Origin: Pseudomonadota bacterium
GTDB lineage: Bacteria; Pseudomonadota; Gammaproteobacteria; Pseudomonadales; Oleiphilaceae
Assembly (NCBI GenBank): GCA_051751785.1
Contig: JBNJLG010000003.1
Coordinates: forward strand, 214,447 to 278,446
DNA length: 64,000 nt
Direction: 5' to 3'
Shown here: positions 12,298-24,596 of the stretch, piece after piece
Position numbering within the stretch: the stretch's first letter is position 1
Layout: every line of letters begins with the position of its first letter
Notes under the pieces: generated by a model
What the model saw: the letters and a program-made list of their open reading frames with translations, nothing else
What the model was told of the DNA's origin: nothing
Databases searched by the model: none
Made by a program: the position numbers and the translations under genes

Positions 12298-12473
12298 GCT
12301 TTACGCGCCTGTGTCTGCGATTTTTGGAAAGGGCCTGAATGATACCAGAAATACTGGCCCGCCCGCTCCCCGGAGAAGCCATGACACTGCAATATCAGTG
12401 TTTTTCCTCAACCGAAAACCATACAAGAAGGACTATCTTTTGATATGATACTCCGCCTTAACACACCCGGATA

Positions 12474-13286
12474 ATGAACACTCAGATGCAACCAGCAATC
12501 AAGATGGCCCTGCGCATTGCCCGCCAGGGTTCAGACTATCTCAAAGCCCATTTCGAGCGACAGGACCCTAACGGTAAGGACGACGCCGACCGTAGCCAGC
12601 AGCTGGCGAGGGTTGAGCAATCCATTTACGACAATTTTGTCGAGCAACTGGAAAAGGCTTACAGGGACCACACCATTGCCCCCATGGGTGAAGCCAATGC
12701 CAATGGCAGCGAGAAAAGCTGGCATATTTTCCCGGTGCTCGGTCGTGAAAATTTTGTCCGCGGAATTCCGGAATTTGTTCTCGCACTGTCCCAGAAAAAG
12801 AATAACCGCACTGAAAACCTGCTACTGATAAACCCGGTAACCGGTGAAGAATACGCGGCCAGTCGTGGCCACGGTGCTGCTCTGAACAGCCGTCGGGTGC
12901 GGGCGTCGGAAATCAAACTTCCGGCAAAAGCAGCCATTGCCAGCAACCTGCTGGACCAGGCACGCCAGGGCGACGACCCCATTCTCTGGGGTGAAATGGC
13001 TGCCACAGTTGCCCGTGAGAGCTCCATGTTCCGGACTTCCGGCTGCGTGGTTCTCGATATCGCCCGGGTCTCTGCAGGCCTGCTGGACGCTGCCATTATT
13101 TTCCGCCCGGAAGCGGCGGAACTGGATCTTGGCGTTACTCTGGCGATGGAATCCGGCGCATTGACCGGCGACTTCGTCGGTAACCCGTCGACAGAAAACG
13201 CCCGTCAACTGGTCGTCGCCAATCCCAAACTGTTCCGTGAACTGCTGAAGGTACTGAACCCGTTCAAGGGTCGCCTGCCGCGCTGA
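12474..13286 (+). CDS. suhB: SuhB-like inositol monophosphatase-fold protein with degenerate catalytic motifs
   Basis: 270 aa, colinear with SuhB (MQPAIKMALRIARQGS..., AASRGHGAALNSRRVRAS). The DPxDGT motif reads FPVLGR and WDxAAG reads LDLGVT (see finding). Conserved slot between trmJ and secF. Confidence 0.8.
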   Translation: MNTQMQPAIKMALRIARQGSDYLKAHFERQDPNGKDDADRSQQLARVEQSIYDNFVEQLEKAYRDHTIAPMGEANANGSEKSWHIFPVLGRENFVRGIPEFVLALSQKKNNRTENLLLINPVTGEEYAASRGHGAALNSRRVRASEIKLPAKAAIASNLLDQARQGDDPILWGEMAATVARESSMFRTSGCVVLDIARVSAGLLDAAIIFRPEAAELDLGVTLAMESGALTGDFVGNPSTENARQLVVANPKLFRELLKVLNPFKGRLPR

Positions 13287-13302
13287 GTTTTCGGTCAGCC
13301 AT

Positions 13303-13339
13303 AAAAAAACCGCCATCCTTCCGGACTGGCGGTTTTTTT
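13303..13339. terminator. Bidirectional intrinsic terminator between suhB (+) and secF (-)
   Basis: AAAAAAA-CCGCCA(13310-13315)...TGGCGG(13327-13332)-TTTTTTT; A-run and T-run flank the stem. Confidence 0.6.
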
Positions 13340-13357
13340 GTGCCTGGAAAACCGGAT

Positions 13358-14308
13358 TTACATCCGGTTCAGCCATTCGGGTGGCTCCTCTTCCTCCGGC
13401 TCCTCGGTGCCTTCTTTGCTCGGCACCATCAGGTCTTCACGGCTGATCCCCAATACCATCAGCATGTTCGCAGACACGTAGATAGAAGAATACGTACCCA
13501 CAAGCACACCAATAATCAGCGCAATCGCGAAGTTGTTGATTGCCTCTCCACCAAACAGGTACAGCGCAAACAGCACCACGAGCGTAGTGCCGGATGTATT
13601 GATGGTTCGCGTGATGGTCTGGTGAATAGATTCGTTGATGATGTCCCAGGGTTCGCCTACCCGCATCTTGCGGAAGTTCTCGCGGATACGGTCAGCCACT
13701 ACAATGGTGTCGTTCAGCGAGTAACCAATTACGGCCAGCAGGGCCGCAAGCACGGTCAGGTCGAAGGTCCACTGGAACAGCGCGAAAACACCCAGAACAA
13801 TCAGCACGTCGTGCCCCAAAGGGATCACCGAAGCAATGCCGAATTTGAACTGGAAACGCATACCAACATAAATCAGTACGACGGCGAGCGCGATCAGCAG
13901 ACCAAGCCCGCTGTCTTCTTTCAGTTGCTCGCCCACCTGGGAGCCAACAAACTCCGAGCTGACCAGTTGCAGATCAGCCCCGGTTGCCTCCAGAACGTCC
14001 ACCACTTCCCGGGCAAGCTCGTCGTTACCGGCCTCGGCAAGACGAATCAACACCGTCGTGTCAGCGCCAAAGTTCTGGACGGAAAACTGCTCGTAGCCGC
14101 TTTCATCCATTGTGTTGCGGATATCATCAAGGTCAGGCGCCTCAACATATTCAAGCTCTACAGACGTACCGCCCGTGAAATCCATGCCGAGATTCAGCCC
14201 GCGTACACCCAGCAAGGCGATAGACGCAATAACGAGGGCGATAGAAATTACCGAAGCAATTTTCCGCAACCCCATGAAGTCAAACGGTTTCTTTTCGATA
14301 TCAGCCAT
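13358..14308 (-). CDS. secF: Protein translocase subunit SecF
   Basis: ATG at 14308 (MADIEKKPFDFMGLRKIASV...) overlaps the secD stop as ATGGCTGA. Multi-TM SecD/SecF family text. Confidence 0.9.
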   Translation of the reverse strand: MADIEKKPFDFMGLRKIASVISIALVIASIALLGVRGLNLGMDFTGGTSVELEYVEAPDLDDIRNTMDESGYEQFSVQNFGADTTVLIRLAEAGNDELAREVVDVLEATGADLQLVSSEFVGSQVGEQLKEDSGLGLLIALAVVLIYVGMRFQFKFGIASVIPLGHDVLIVLGVFALFQWTFDLTVLAALLAVIGYSLNDTIVVADRIRENFRKMRVGEPWDIINESIHQTITRTINTSGTTLVVLFALYLFGGEAINNFAIALIIGVLVGTYSSIYVSANMLMVLGISREDLMVPSKEGTEEPEEEEPPEWLNRM

Positions 14309-16175
14309 TAGACAGCTTCCCCCCGATTGACAATTTCTCGATTCTGCGACGGCCATACACCAGGTTCACAATACTGCGACTGACCATCAGGCCACAGAAC
14401 ATTGAGGTGAGAATGCCGATGCACAGGGTAATGGCGAAGCCTTTCACCGGTCCGGAGCCCATGGCAAACAGAATAACCGCCACCAGCAAGGTGGTGATAT
14501 TTGCGTCAACAATTGATACGAACGCCCGGCCATAGCCGGAATTGATGGCAAGCTGGGGCGGCACTCCGGCCCGAAGCTCTTCTTTTATTCGCTCGAATAT
14601 CAATACGTTGGCATCCACTGCCATGCCCACCGTCAACACGATACCGGCGATACCCGGCAAGGTCAGAGTGGCCGACAGAATCGACATGCACGCCACCAGC
14701 AGCATCAGGTTCAGCACCAGGCCCACGTTGGCGATCAGGCCGAAGCCGCGATAAAACACCAGCATGTATGCCAGCACCAGAACAAAACCGAAGGTGACTG
14801 ACATGAAACCGGCATTAATATTCTTCTGCCCCAGGCTCGGGCCTATAGTGCGCTCCTGAACAAAGTACATGGGCGCGGCCAGAGCACCGGCACGCAACAA
14901 CAATGCGAGCTCGGATGCCTCGGGGATGGAATCCAGGCCGGTAATCCGGAAGCTGCTGCCCAAGGCAGACTGAACGGTAGCAAGGCTGATAATGCCCTTG
15001 TCGACCATCCGGTTCTCAACTTCCTCCATCTCGCCATCGACTTCACGCATTTCGGTTTCAGTGCTGTATTCAATAAACAGTACCGCCATGCGACGGCCGA
15101 TAGCATTGCGAGTGGCCCGGTTCATCAGATCACCACCCACCGAATCCATGGTGATATTGACCTGTGGCTGACCGCTTTCGTCAAACCCCTGCTGCGCATT
15201 GGCCACGTTATTACCTGTGGCAATAACCTCGCGCTCCAGGCGTGCCGTGCGGCTGCCCTGATCCCGGAACGAGTATTCCTCGGTTTCTGCTGAAGGCGCA
15301 TCCTGGCGAGCTTCCATGCGGAACTCCAGGTTGGCAGTAGAACCAAGCACCCGTTTAGCCTGGGCTGTATCCTGCACGCCCGGCAACTCAACAATAATAC
15401 GATCAGCGCCCTGTTGCTGAACCATCGGCTCAGCAACACCCAGCTCGTTAACACGGTTACGAATCGTGGTCAGGTTCTGCTCTAACGCGTATTCCTGAAT
15501 GCTCTTCACCTCTGCCTCAGACAGACTCAGAGTCAGCAGAAACTCGCCGTCCTCGGTGCTTTCATCCAGCAGAAATTCGTTGTACTGATCACGCACCAGA
15601 TTAAAGGCATCGGTTCGGGATTCCTCATCCCTGAAACCGAGGACCACATTCTGGTCCTCATCGATATCGCCACCGCGGTAACGGATCCTCTCTTCACGCA
15701 ATTCCCGCTTGATCTGGCCGGACAAGGCTTCCAGCCTCTGCTCCAGCGCGGTTTCCATGTCCACTTCCAGCAGGAAGTGCACACCCCCACGCAGATCAAG
15801 ACCCAGCTTCATGGGGCCGGCACCCAGGCTTTGCAGCCAGTCGGGTGTGGAAGGCGCCATATTCAGAGCGACCAGGTAGCGTTCACCGACAGCATTCTGA
15901 ACAGCCGGCCGGGCCCGCAACTGATCTTCTGAGCTTGTCAGACGAACCAGAGCATCCCGATCGTCCAGAGAGCTGGATTTAACCTCGATACCGCGCTCAT
16001 CCAGTTCCGCAAGAGCTTTGTCCAGCACACGCTGGTCCATCTCGGTACCACCACGGGCACCGGTAATCTGAATGGCGTAGTCGTCGGGGAAAAAGTTGGG
16101 TAATGCGTAGATAAACCCGATCACAAGTGCGAGCACAATGATCAGGTTTTTCCAGAGAGGATACTTGTTCAGCAT
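14301..16175 (-). CDS. secD: Protein translocase subunit SecD
   Basis: 624 aa, MLNKYPLWKNLIIVLALVIGFIYALPNFF, with a large periplasmic domain and C-terminal TM bundle. Confidence 0.95.
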   Translation of the reverse strand: MLNKYPLWKNLIIVLALVIGFIYALPNFFPDDYAIQITGARGGTEMDQRVLDKALAELDERGIEVKSSSLDDRDALVRLTSSEDQLRARPAVQNAVGERYLVALNMAPSTPDWLQSLGAGPMKLGLDLRGGVHFLLEVDMETALEQRLEALSGQIKRELREERIRYRGGDIDEDQNVVLGFRDEESRTDAFNLVRDQYNEFLLDESTEDGEFLLTLSLSEAEVKSIQEYALEQNLTTIRNRVNELGVAEPMVQQQGADRIIVELPGVQDTAQAKRVLGSTANLEFRMEARQDAPSAETEEYSFRDQGSRTARLEREVIATGNNVANAQQGFDESGQPQVNITMDSVGGDLMNRATRNAIGRRMAVLFIEYSTETEMREVDGEMEEVENRMVDKGIISLATVQSALGSSFRITGLDSIPEASELALLLRAGALAAPMYFVQERTIGPSLGQKNINAGFMSVTFGFVLVLAYMLVFYRGFGLIANVGLVLNLMLLVACMSILSATLTLPGIAGIVLTVGMAVDANVLIFERIKEELRAGVPPQLAINSGYGRAFVSIVDANITTLLVAVILFAMGSGPVKGFAITLCIGILTSMFCGLMVSRSIVNLVYGRRRIEKLSIGGKLSNG

Positions 16176-16224
16176 GGGATCCCTTTAAGCCGGTAAGGCA
16201 GCCGACCGTGATTTTTCAGCCAGT

Positions 16225-16253
16225 AAAAAAACAGCGGGCGCCAATGCGCCCGC
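16225..16253 (-). terminator. Terminator/attenuator hairpin between yajC and secD
   Basis: GCGGGCGC (16234-16241) CAAT GCGCCCGC (16246-16253). The minus-strand transcript continues into a 7-U run (plus-strand A-run 16225-16231). Confidence 0.5.
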
Positions 16254-16264
16254 GATGAACCAGC

Positions 16265-16630
16265 TCAGATATCCTTCAGCGTGCCCTTCGGCAGAGCCGC
16301 ACCAACAGCAACTTTCTGAACCTTGATTTCAACGTTGTCAGCAACTTCCAGAACGATGAAATCGTCGGTCACTTTAGTGATGCGCCCGGCGATACCACCG
16401 GAAGTGACCACTTCGTCGCCCTTGTTCAGGCCAGACATCAGGGCTTTGTGCTCTTTGGCACGCTTGGACTGCGGGCGCCAGATCAGGAAATAGAAAATAG
16501 CGATAAAGCCGGCAAAGAAAATCACCTGGCCCATAACACCCATACCACCAGCAGCGCCGGCATCCTGTGCCATGGCAAATGCAGGCATCACAGACAGCAA
16601 GCCGGCGATAAGCAGTTTCATTGTTTTCAT
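16265..16630 (-). CDS. yajC: Preprotein translocase subunit YajC
   Basis: 121 aa, FFLIWRPQSKRAKEHKALMSGLNKGDEVVTSGGIAGRI. GGAGA is 7 nt before the ATG. Confidence 0.9.
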   Translation of the reverse strand: MKTMKLLIAGLLSVMPAFAMAQDAGAAGGMGVMGQVIFFAGFIAIFYFLIWRPQSKRAKEHKALMSGLNKGDEVVTSGGIAGRITKVTDDFIVLEVADNVEIKVQKVAVGAALPKGTLKDI

Positions 16631-16678
16631 TCAGGTTCTCCGTTGATTAACTGATCTTCGATTAAAACTTGAGCAGAA

Positions 16679-18930
<2,252 letters not shown>

Positions 18931-18971
18931 GGGCCGGGCTGTTCAGGACGCCGCAGGGAGCGACAAATAAA

Positions 18972-19058
18972 TGGTAGCGGCGGGCGGACTCGAACCGCCA
19001 CGGGTTTTACCCCAACGGATTTTGAATCCGTCGTGTCTACCAATTTCACCACGCCGCC
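18972..19058 (-). tRNA. tRNA-Leu (anticodon CAA), class II, CCA encoded
   Basis: Minus strand GGCGGCG-TG-GTGAAATTGGTAGACAC-GACGGA-TTCAAAA-TCCGT-long variable arm-GGCGG-TTCGAGT-CCGCC-CGCCGCT-A-CCA. 87 nt. The anticodon loop gives CAA. Pair 1-72 is G-U as read. Confidence 0.9.
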
Positions 19059-19074
19059 ATTGGAGAGTGGAGGA

Positions 19075-19102
19075 ATTATACTGAGACTGAATCTGAAAGC
19101 AA
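19075..19102 (-). promoter_or_regulatory. Sigma70-type promoter for tRNA-Leu
   Basis: Minus strand TTGCTT (19102-19097) -N16- TATAAT (19080-19075), ending 16 nt before the tRNA 5' end. Confidence 0.5.
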
Positions 19103-19139
19103 CCGGGCCGCGGCTAAAATTAACCGCAGCCTCATGCTG

Positions 19140-20393
19140 TTACAAGCGATCAAACAGGGACATTTGGGATACCTTCGAAAAGGACTGCTGAGCCGCCTGC
19201 AATACAAAGCTCTGGAAACTCAGGTTACTGATGGCCTCGGCGTAATCCACATCCTGCAACTGCGAACGGATTTCCTTGGTGTACAACCCGGAATCCTCAA
19301 GAAACGCGGTAGTGGATTCAACCGCGTTAAGCCGGCCGCCCAGTTCGGTTTGCTTCAGGATGATGGAATCCTGGGCGCTGTCGAGGTTGGCCAGGGAGTC
19401 GGCAATCAGGGCGTCGTATTCGGCATTTCCCTCGGGCGAGCCTTTGGCAACGCCTTCCAGGCCGTCTATGAGGTTTTCAATGGTGCCGAAGATCGATTGT
19501 TTATCGCTGATGCCCAGAGTGAAACTATCGTTCGCCTGAGCATCGTTAACAGTCATTTTCATGCCGGCCACCTCAAACTCTTCACCAACCAGCGCGGGGG
19601 CGGGCTCAGTGGGAATAACTGTATTTGTTCGAGGATCTCTCACTGTAATTTCTAACTGGCCGCCGTTGTCTGCAACGCTGACTTCAAGGTCATCGGGCAC
19701 ATCAGAACCAAAAGCGTCTCTCAGATCTTTCGGCGCCACAACTTCAAGGCCGGAAATATAGCCAGCAGCTTCGCCGGGCGTAGCGGGGGGCGCCGCATTA
19801 TCAGACGTTGCAGTTACTGAAACTGCCCGGGGTACATCTACGAAAATACCTTTACCATGGTCACTGATGGGCACGGTCACCCCGTCATCAATTTCCAGAA
19901 CCCGCTGTCCCTCATCACCCTGATATTTCCAGTCACCCGCGCCATCCTGTGCGAATGCCGGAGTCTGGCCCTGGAAGCCACTGAATATATACTCGCCGGA
20001 GGCATCCCGGGTATTGGCGATATTCGCCAGCTGACCGAGCCGCTCTTTAAGCTCGGCGGAAATGGATTGCCGGTCATTGGGGGACAAAGAACCACTGCCC
20101 GCTTGTACCGTCAGCTCCCGTACCCGGTGAATAATATCCACGGAACTTTCCAGCGCGCTTTCTTCCTGTTTCAGACGATTGTCCGCCAGGTTGGCATTGC
20201 GCTGATAGGTATCCACACGACGAAGCTCCTGGTCCAGCTTCAGAATCCGGGCTGCGGCTACCGGGTCATCCGAGGGCTTGTTGACCTTCTTGCCGGTAGA
20301 AATCTGCTGCTGGGTATCCACCAGATTGCTGTTGATACCCTGCAGGCGGTTAATGCCGCCTGAAAAAACCTGTTGTGATGAAATCCGCATCAT
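19140..20393 (-). CDS. flgL: Flagellar hook-associated protein 3 FlgL
   Basis: 417 aa. Flagellin-like N terminus MRISSQQVFSGGINRLQGINSNLVDTQQQISTGKKVNKPSDDPVAAAR and C terminus LSFQSFVLQAAQQSFSKVSQMSLFDRL. Last gene of the flg block. Confidence 0.85.
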   Translation of the reverse strand: MMRISSQQVFSGGINRLQGINSNLVDTQQQISTGKKVNKPSDDPVAAARILKLDQELRRVDTYQRNANLADNRLKQEESALESSVDIIHRVRELTVQAGSGSLSPNDRQSISAELKERLGQLANIANTRDASGEYIFSGFQGQTPAFAQDGAGDWKYQGDEGQRVLEIDDGVTVPISDHGKGIFVDVPRAVSVTATSDNAAPPATPGEAAGYISGLEVVAPKDLRDAFGSDVPDDLEVSVADNGGQLEITVRDPRTNTVIPTEPAPALVGEEFEVAGMKMTVNDAQANDSFTLGISDKQSIFGTIENLIDGLEGVAKGSPEGNAEYDALIADSLANLDSAQDSIILKQTELGGRLNAVESTTAFLEDSGLYTKEIRSQLQDVDYAEAISNLSFQSFVLQAAQQSFSKVSQMSLFDRL

Positions 20394-20409
20394 GATCGGT
20401 CACCTCACC

Positions 20410-22473
20410 TTAACGGAAGCTCTGCAGCAGCGTATTGAACAGATCCTGCGCTACTGACATCACTTTAGAGGACGCATTGTAAGCGGCCTGGTACTGAATC
20501 AACCGGCCAGCCTCTTCATCGAGGTTGACGCCGGAAACCGATTCACGCTGATTATTGGACTGCTCCAGCAGTGTTGAGCTGGCATCTTTGTCGAGCTGGC
20601 TCTGGCGGGTTTTTACGCCAATATCCTCAACCAGACCGGCATAACCTTCGGTGAAGTTCTGGCTGCCACCATTCATGGTGTTCTTGGTGCCCAGAGCCGC
20701 AAGCAATTCGGCGTTCCGGTTGTCAGAGATGCCATTGTCGTTGTATTCAATGGTGAACATATCACCATTAGCAGGCTCACCCGTCAGCTCAAATTGATAG
20801 CCCTGATACTCGCTATCCGAGGGCGAATCACTGAAAAACGTATTGATTTTCTGAGGATCATAATCGTTACCCGATATAATCGGAGTTGTTTCGCCCTCTT
20901 CATAAATGTCGTACTCAAGCGTGCCACTGGCTGTTTTATCTCCAAAAACAATCCGCAACGGACCATTAGCCAACTCACCACTATTTCTGAAACCTTCCAG
21001 CAATCCGTTGGTATTCGGGTTGCGAACGTTCAACATCTTGCCTTGATCAATTTGACCGGTACCCAGATTATTTTCACGGGTCTCTCCGGTCACCGGGTTT
21101 GTACCACCTTCCCGCGCACGAATCGGGCTGGCAAACGCCAAATCTTCTTCCCGCCGAACATTCATACCGATACTCTCGGCAGCGTTTCGACTGGGCTGAA
21201 TGAGGAACTTGTCACCGGCGTTAAACTCACCACCCTCAACACGGATATTAAAGCCATCCATGGAGATTTCAGACTGCACCGGGTCCGGTAACCGGCCCTG
21301 TCGCTCGGTTTTTCCGGTTTCAGTATTAACCAACTCAAAATTCCGGCCATCGCCACTGAATTGCAATGACCAGGTACCCGCCGGCAGCTCCGAGCTGTCG
21401 GTAATCTCTACCGCCAGCTGAGCATTCTTCGGCTCGGCGTTATTGGAATTGGCCACTACCCGGCTACGCTCTACAGCTTCAGTGTTAATGTCTGTAAAGA
21501 AGTTACCGCCAAGGTCACCTTCCAGATCCATGCCAATTTCATGCTGATGATTAATGGAAGAAGACAAGGCAATCGCCAGTCGGCCCAGTTCATCAAAGGC
21601 TGGCCGAAGGGCTTCCTGGTCAAAACGGCGCAGACCGCCCAGCTTGCCCCCTTTGATCTGGTCATCCACCAGCATTGTGCGCCCGGAGCTTTCAAGGGTG
21701 AACTCAAGCCTACTGGGATCCTCAGCACTGGTGCGAGTGGCAAACTCGGCCGAATTGTTGCCGGTTACCAGAGACAGGCCATTCGCCAGGGAAACGTTTA
21801 CCTGGCTGCCTTCAGTCTCGCTGACCTTGATATTGACCAGCTCTGACAGTTCCCGGAGCTTCTCATCACGCTGATCCATCAACTCGAGCGGCATTTTGCC
21901 CTGGGCAACGCCGGGTGATTCCGAAATCGACAGGTTCAGCTCAGCAATACTTTTCAACAGCGAGTTGGCGTCTTTCACACCTTGCTGCATCTGGGTCTTG
22001 ACAGATTCACGCTGTTGAATCAGCTCCTCATTCAACCCCTGGAAACGGTTCACCACCTGCTGCCCCTCGCTCAGTACAAGCTGGCGCTGGGGTAATGATG
22101 TCGGGTCTTCCGCGGCATTCTGCATGGCAGCAAAGAAATTGTTCAGAGCCTTGTTCAGACCGGTATCTTCGCCACCCAACAGGTTGTCCAGCCGGCTTAA
22201 TTCAGAGTTAAGGGCTTCTTGTTCACTGTTAAGCGTGCTGTCTTCGCGCAGTTGCTGCGTCAGATATTCGTTCGCCATCCGGCGGATGTTCGAGATAGAA
22301 ACACCGCTGCCAATGGTGCCTGCGCCGGTGCGCTGGCCTTCCTGGGTTTCAAACTGCACTTCCTGGCGGCTGTAACCCGGGGTGTTGGCATTGGTAATGT
22401 TGTTGGCGGTGGTATTCAGAGCAGCCTGATGACTGAGCACGCCCGTCAAACCAGTTCCGATCAATCCTGCCAT
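20410..22473 (-). CDS. flgK: Flagellar hook-associated protein 1 FlgK
   Basis: 687 aa, MAGLIGTGLTGVLSHQAALNTTANNITNANTPGYSRQEV ... GVNLDEEAGRLIQYQAAYNASSKVMSVAQDLFNTLL. Confidence 0.9.
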   Translation of the reverse strand: MAGLIGTGLTGVLSHQAALNTTANNITNANTPGYSRQEVQFETQEGQRTGAGTIGSGVSISNIRRMANEYLTQQLREDSTLNSEQEALNSELSRLDNLLGGEDTGLNKALNNFFAAMQNAAEDPTSLPQRQLVLSEGQQVVNRFQGLNEELIQQRESVKTQMQQGVKDANSLLKSIAELNLSISESPGVAQGKMPLELMDQRDEKLRELSELVNIKVSETEGSQVNVSLANGLSLVTGNNSAEFATRTSAEDPSRLEFTLESSGRTMLVDDQIKGGKLGGLRRFDQEALRPAFDELGRLAIALSSSINHQHEIGMDLEGDLGGNFFTDINTEAVERSRVVANSNNAEPKNAQLAVEITDSSELPAGTWSLQFSGDGRNFELVNTETGKTERQGRLPDPVQSEISMDGFNIRVEGGEFNAGDKFLIQPSRNAAESIGMNVRREEDLAFASPIRAREGGTNPVTGETRENNLGTGQIDQGKMLNVRNPNTNGLLEGFRNSGELANGPLRIVFGDKTASGTLEYDIYEEGETTPIISGNDYDPQKINTFFSDSPSDSEYQGYQFELTGEPANGDMFTIEYNDNGISDNRNAELLAALGTKNTMNGGSQNFTEGYAGLVEDIGVKTRQSQLDKDASSTLLEQSNNQRESVSGVNLDEEAGRLIQYQAAYNASSKVMSVAQDLFNTLLQSFR

Positions 22474-22479
22474 GATCTG

Positions 22480-23493
22480 TTACTCCTCTGTACCTGTGCC
22501 GCGCATAGACAGCGTCATCAGCGAATCCCGGTTCATGATGCTGCGGATCTTGGAACCGTATTCCGGATCCGTGGCATAGCCGGCTTCCTGAAGCTTGTCT
22601 GCGAACACATCCGGCTGGTCAGCCGATGACAGCACATCCCGGTATCTCGGGTTGTTCTGCAGGAAGTCTACGTAATCCCGGAAGCTTGATTCATAATCCG
22701 GGTAAGCCCGGAAATCAGCCTGCTCTTTCATAGGCAGGCCATCCCGGAATTCGGTGGTGGTAATGGTCACAGCTTCGCCGCCCCAGCGGTTGTCAGCCTT
22801 GATACCGAACAGATTGAAGCTGGGTTCGTTGCCGTCGCCCTCGATCATGTGCCGGCCCCAACCAGTTTCCAGGGCAGCCTGAGCAACCATCAGTTTCGGA
22901 TTAATGCCGCTTTCTTTGGCAATTCGCTCCGCGACTGGCATCAGCTCCGAAACAAACTGTTCCGCAGAGTCGAACCTTGTTGGCTGTTCGCCGGGCGTCT
23001 GGCTCTTTGCTTCAGTGGCGCCAGATGCCTGATGTTTGTCAGCCACTGAGCGGGATAATTCGTCTACTTCAGACAATTGCTCCGGCAGCTTCTGTGAAAT
23101 CGCCGGCATACTGCGATCATAATCAGCAAGACTGGCCTTGTGGGCGGCCAGCTTGCCTCCATTGCTGTCCATTCCCGGAATCTGTTGGCCCAGCTGTCGC
23201 ACAAGCGCATCCGCCAGCCCGGAACCCGCACCATTGGCCATACTCAGGCTCACCTGGCTGTCGAACATATCGCGATAGGTTTCGCCCTCGTTGCTGTTGA
23301 GGTAGTTGTCTTCTGAAAACACCTCACCAGCCTTACGCATGGACTTGAGCATTTCCGAAAGGAAAAGGCTCTCGAACTGCTTGGCAACCTGTTCCAGGGC
23401 CGCATTCTTGTCAGTGCGGGCCTGGGTCTTCAAGGCATTGAGGCCCTGAAAATCGGTATATACCTGAGCTTGCTGTACGCGATAGTCCTGCAT
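22480..23493 (-). CDS. flgJ: Flagellar rod-assembly protein / peptidoglycan hydrolase FlgJ
   Basis: 337 aa. N-terminal rod-binding domain (AKQFESLFLSEMLKSMRKAG) and C-terminal glucosaminidase domain (VAQAALETGWGRH...LFGIKA). Confidence 0.9.
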   Translation of the reverse strand: MQDYRVQQAQVYTDFQGLNALKTQARTDKNAALEQVAKQFESLFLSEMLKSMRKAGEVFSEDNYLNSNEGETYRDMFDSQVSLSMANGAGSGLADALVRQLGQQIPGMDSNGGKLAAHKASLADYDRSMPAISQKLPEQLSEVDELSRSVADKHQASGATEAKSQTPGEQPTRFDSAEQFVSELMPVAERIAKESGINPKLMVAQAALETGWGRHMIEGDGNEPSFNLFGIKADNRWGGEAVTITTTEFRDGLPMKEQADFRAYPDYESSFRDYVDFLQNNPRYRDVLSSADQPDVFADKLQEAGYATDPEYGSKIRSIMNRDSLMTLSMRGTGTEE

Positions 23494-23501
23494 GGTTACA
23501 C

Positions 23502-24596
23502 CTAGATAACAATCAGCTCGGCACGCAATGCGCCGGCCTGTTTCAGTGCTTCAAGAACCGCCATAACGTCACCCGGGGCAGCGCCCACCTGGTTTACCGC
23601 CTGAACAATCTCGTTCAGCGTGGTTGCCGGCCCGAACTTGAACATACGGGCAGGATCTTCAGTGATGGCAATCTGGGTGTCCTGCTCCACTGCAGTTTCA
23701 CCCTCGCCAAACGGGTTAGGCTGCTCTACCTCCGGGTTTTCCTGGATAGTCACCGTCAGATTGCCGTGGGTAATGGCAGCTGGACTGACTTTTACATTCT
23801 CACCCACAACGATGGTGCCCGTGCGGCTGTTAATGACCACCTTGGCGGATGTTTCTGCAGGATCCACTTCAATATTTTCCAAAATTGACAGGAAACTGAC
23901 ACGTTGTGAGGGATCGCGCGGGGCTTTTACAGACACCGATGTGGCATCGTGGGCATAAGCCATATCCGGCCCGAGCTGATCGTTAATGGCCTCCACTACG
24001 CGCCGCGCGGTGGTGAAATCCGAGCGCATGAGGTTAAAGGTGATGGTATCGCCACGGGTGAAAGGAGAATCCACTTCACGCTCAATGGTGGCACCGTTGG
24101 GAATACGACCGACGCTGGGAACATTCACGGTAATGCGTGAACCGTCCTGCCCCTGGGCACCAAAACCACCCACCACCAGGCTACCCTGAGCCATGGCATA
24201 GATCTGGTCATCGGCGCCCTTGAGCGGTGTCATCAGCAAGGTTCCACCTCGCAGGCTGTCGGCATTCCCAACGGAGGAAACCGTAATATCAAGCTCCTGG
24301 CCAGCCTTGGCGAAAGGAGGCAGGGAAGCACTGACGGTCACGGCGGCAACGTTGTCAGAGCCAGGATTAACACCATCCGGCAGGTTAACGCCGAACTGGT
24401 TCATCATGTTGCGGATGGTCTGGTTAGTGTACGGACCGGAATCGCCAGTGCCATCCAGACCCACCACCAGGCCGTAGCCAATCAGCTGATTGTCACGCAC
24501 GCCCTTCACCTTGGCCATGTCTTTAAGACGGTCAGCCATGACCGGGGCGGAACACACCGTCAGCATTACAAACACCGTAACCAGCTTGCGTATCAT
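23502..24596 (-). CDS. flgI: Flagellar P-ring protein FlgI
   Basis: ATG 24596 overlaps the flgH stop (ATGA). Signal peptide followed by [30 protein letters not shown]. Confidence 0.95.
   Translation of the reverse strand: MIRKLVTVFVMLTVCSAPVMADRLKDMAKVKGVRDNQLIGYGLVVGLDGTGDSGPYTNQTIRNMMNQFGVNLPDGVNPGSDNVAAVTVSASLPPFAKAGQELDITVSSVGNADSLRGGTLLMTPLKGADDQIYAMAQGSLVVGGFGAQGQDGSRITVNVPSVGRIPNGATIEREVDSPFTRGDTITFNLMRSDFTTARRVVEAINDQLGPDMAYAHDATSVSVKAPRDPSQRVSFLSILENIEVDPAETSAKVVINSRTGTIVVGENVKVSPAAITHGNLTVTIQENPEVEQPNPFGEGETAVEQDTQIAITEDPARMFKFGPATTLNEIVQAVNQVGAAPGDVMAVLEALKQAGALRAELIVI

Noticed and set aside
13340-14311. 323-aa + strand ORF
   Set aside because: Antisense to secF; His/Arg/Gln-rich nonsense composition.
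18931-19139. Possible genomic-island integration at tRNA-Leu
   Set aside because: No integrase, excisionase or IS gene is present. I could not find a direct repeat of the tRNA 3' end at the other border of the flg block (30513-30736). The cargo is core flagellar genes. I kept only the synteny-break observation.
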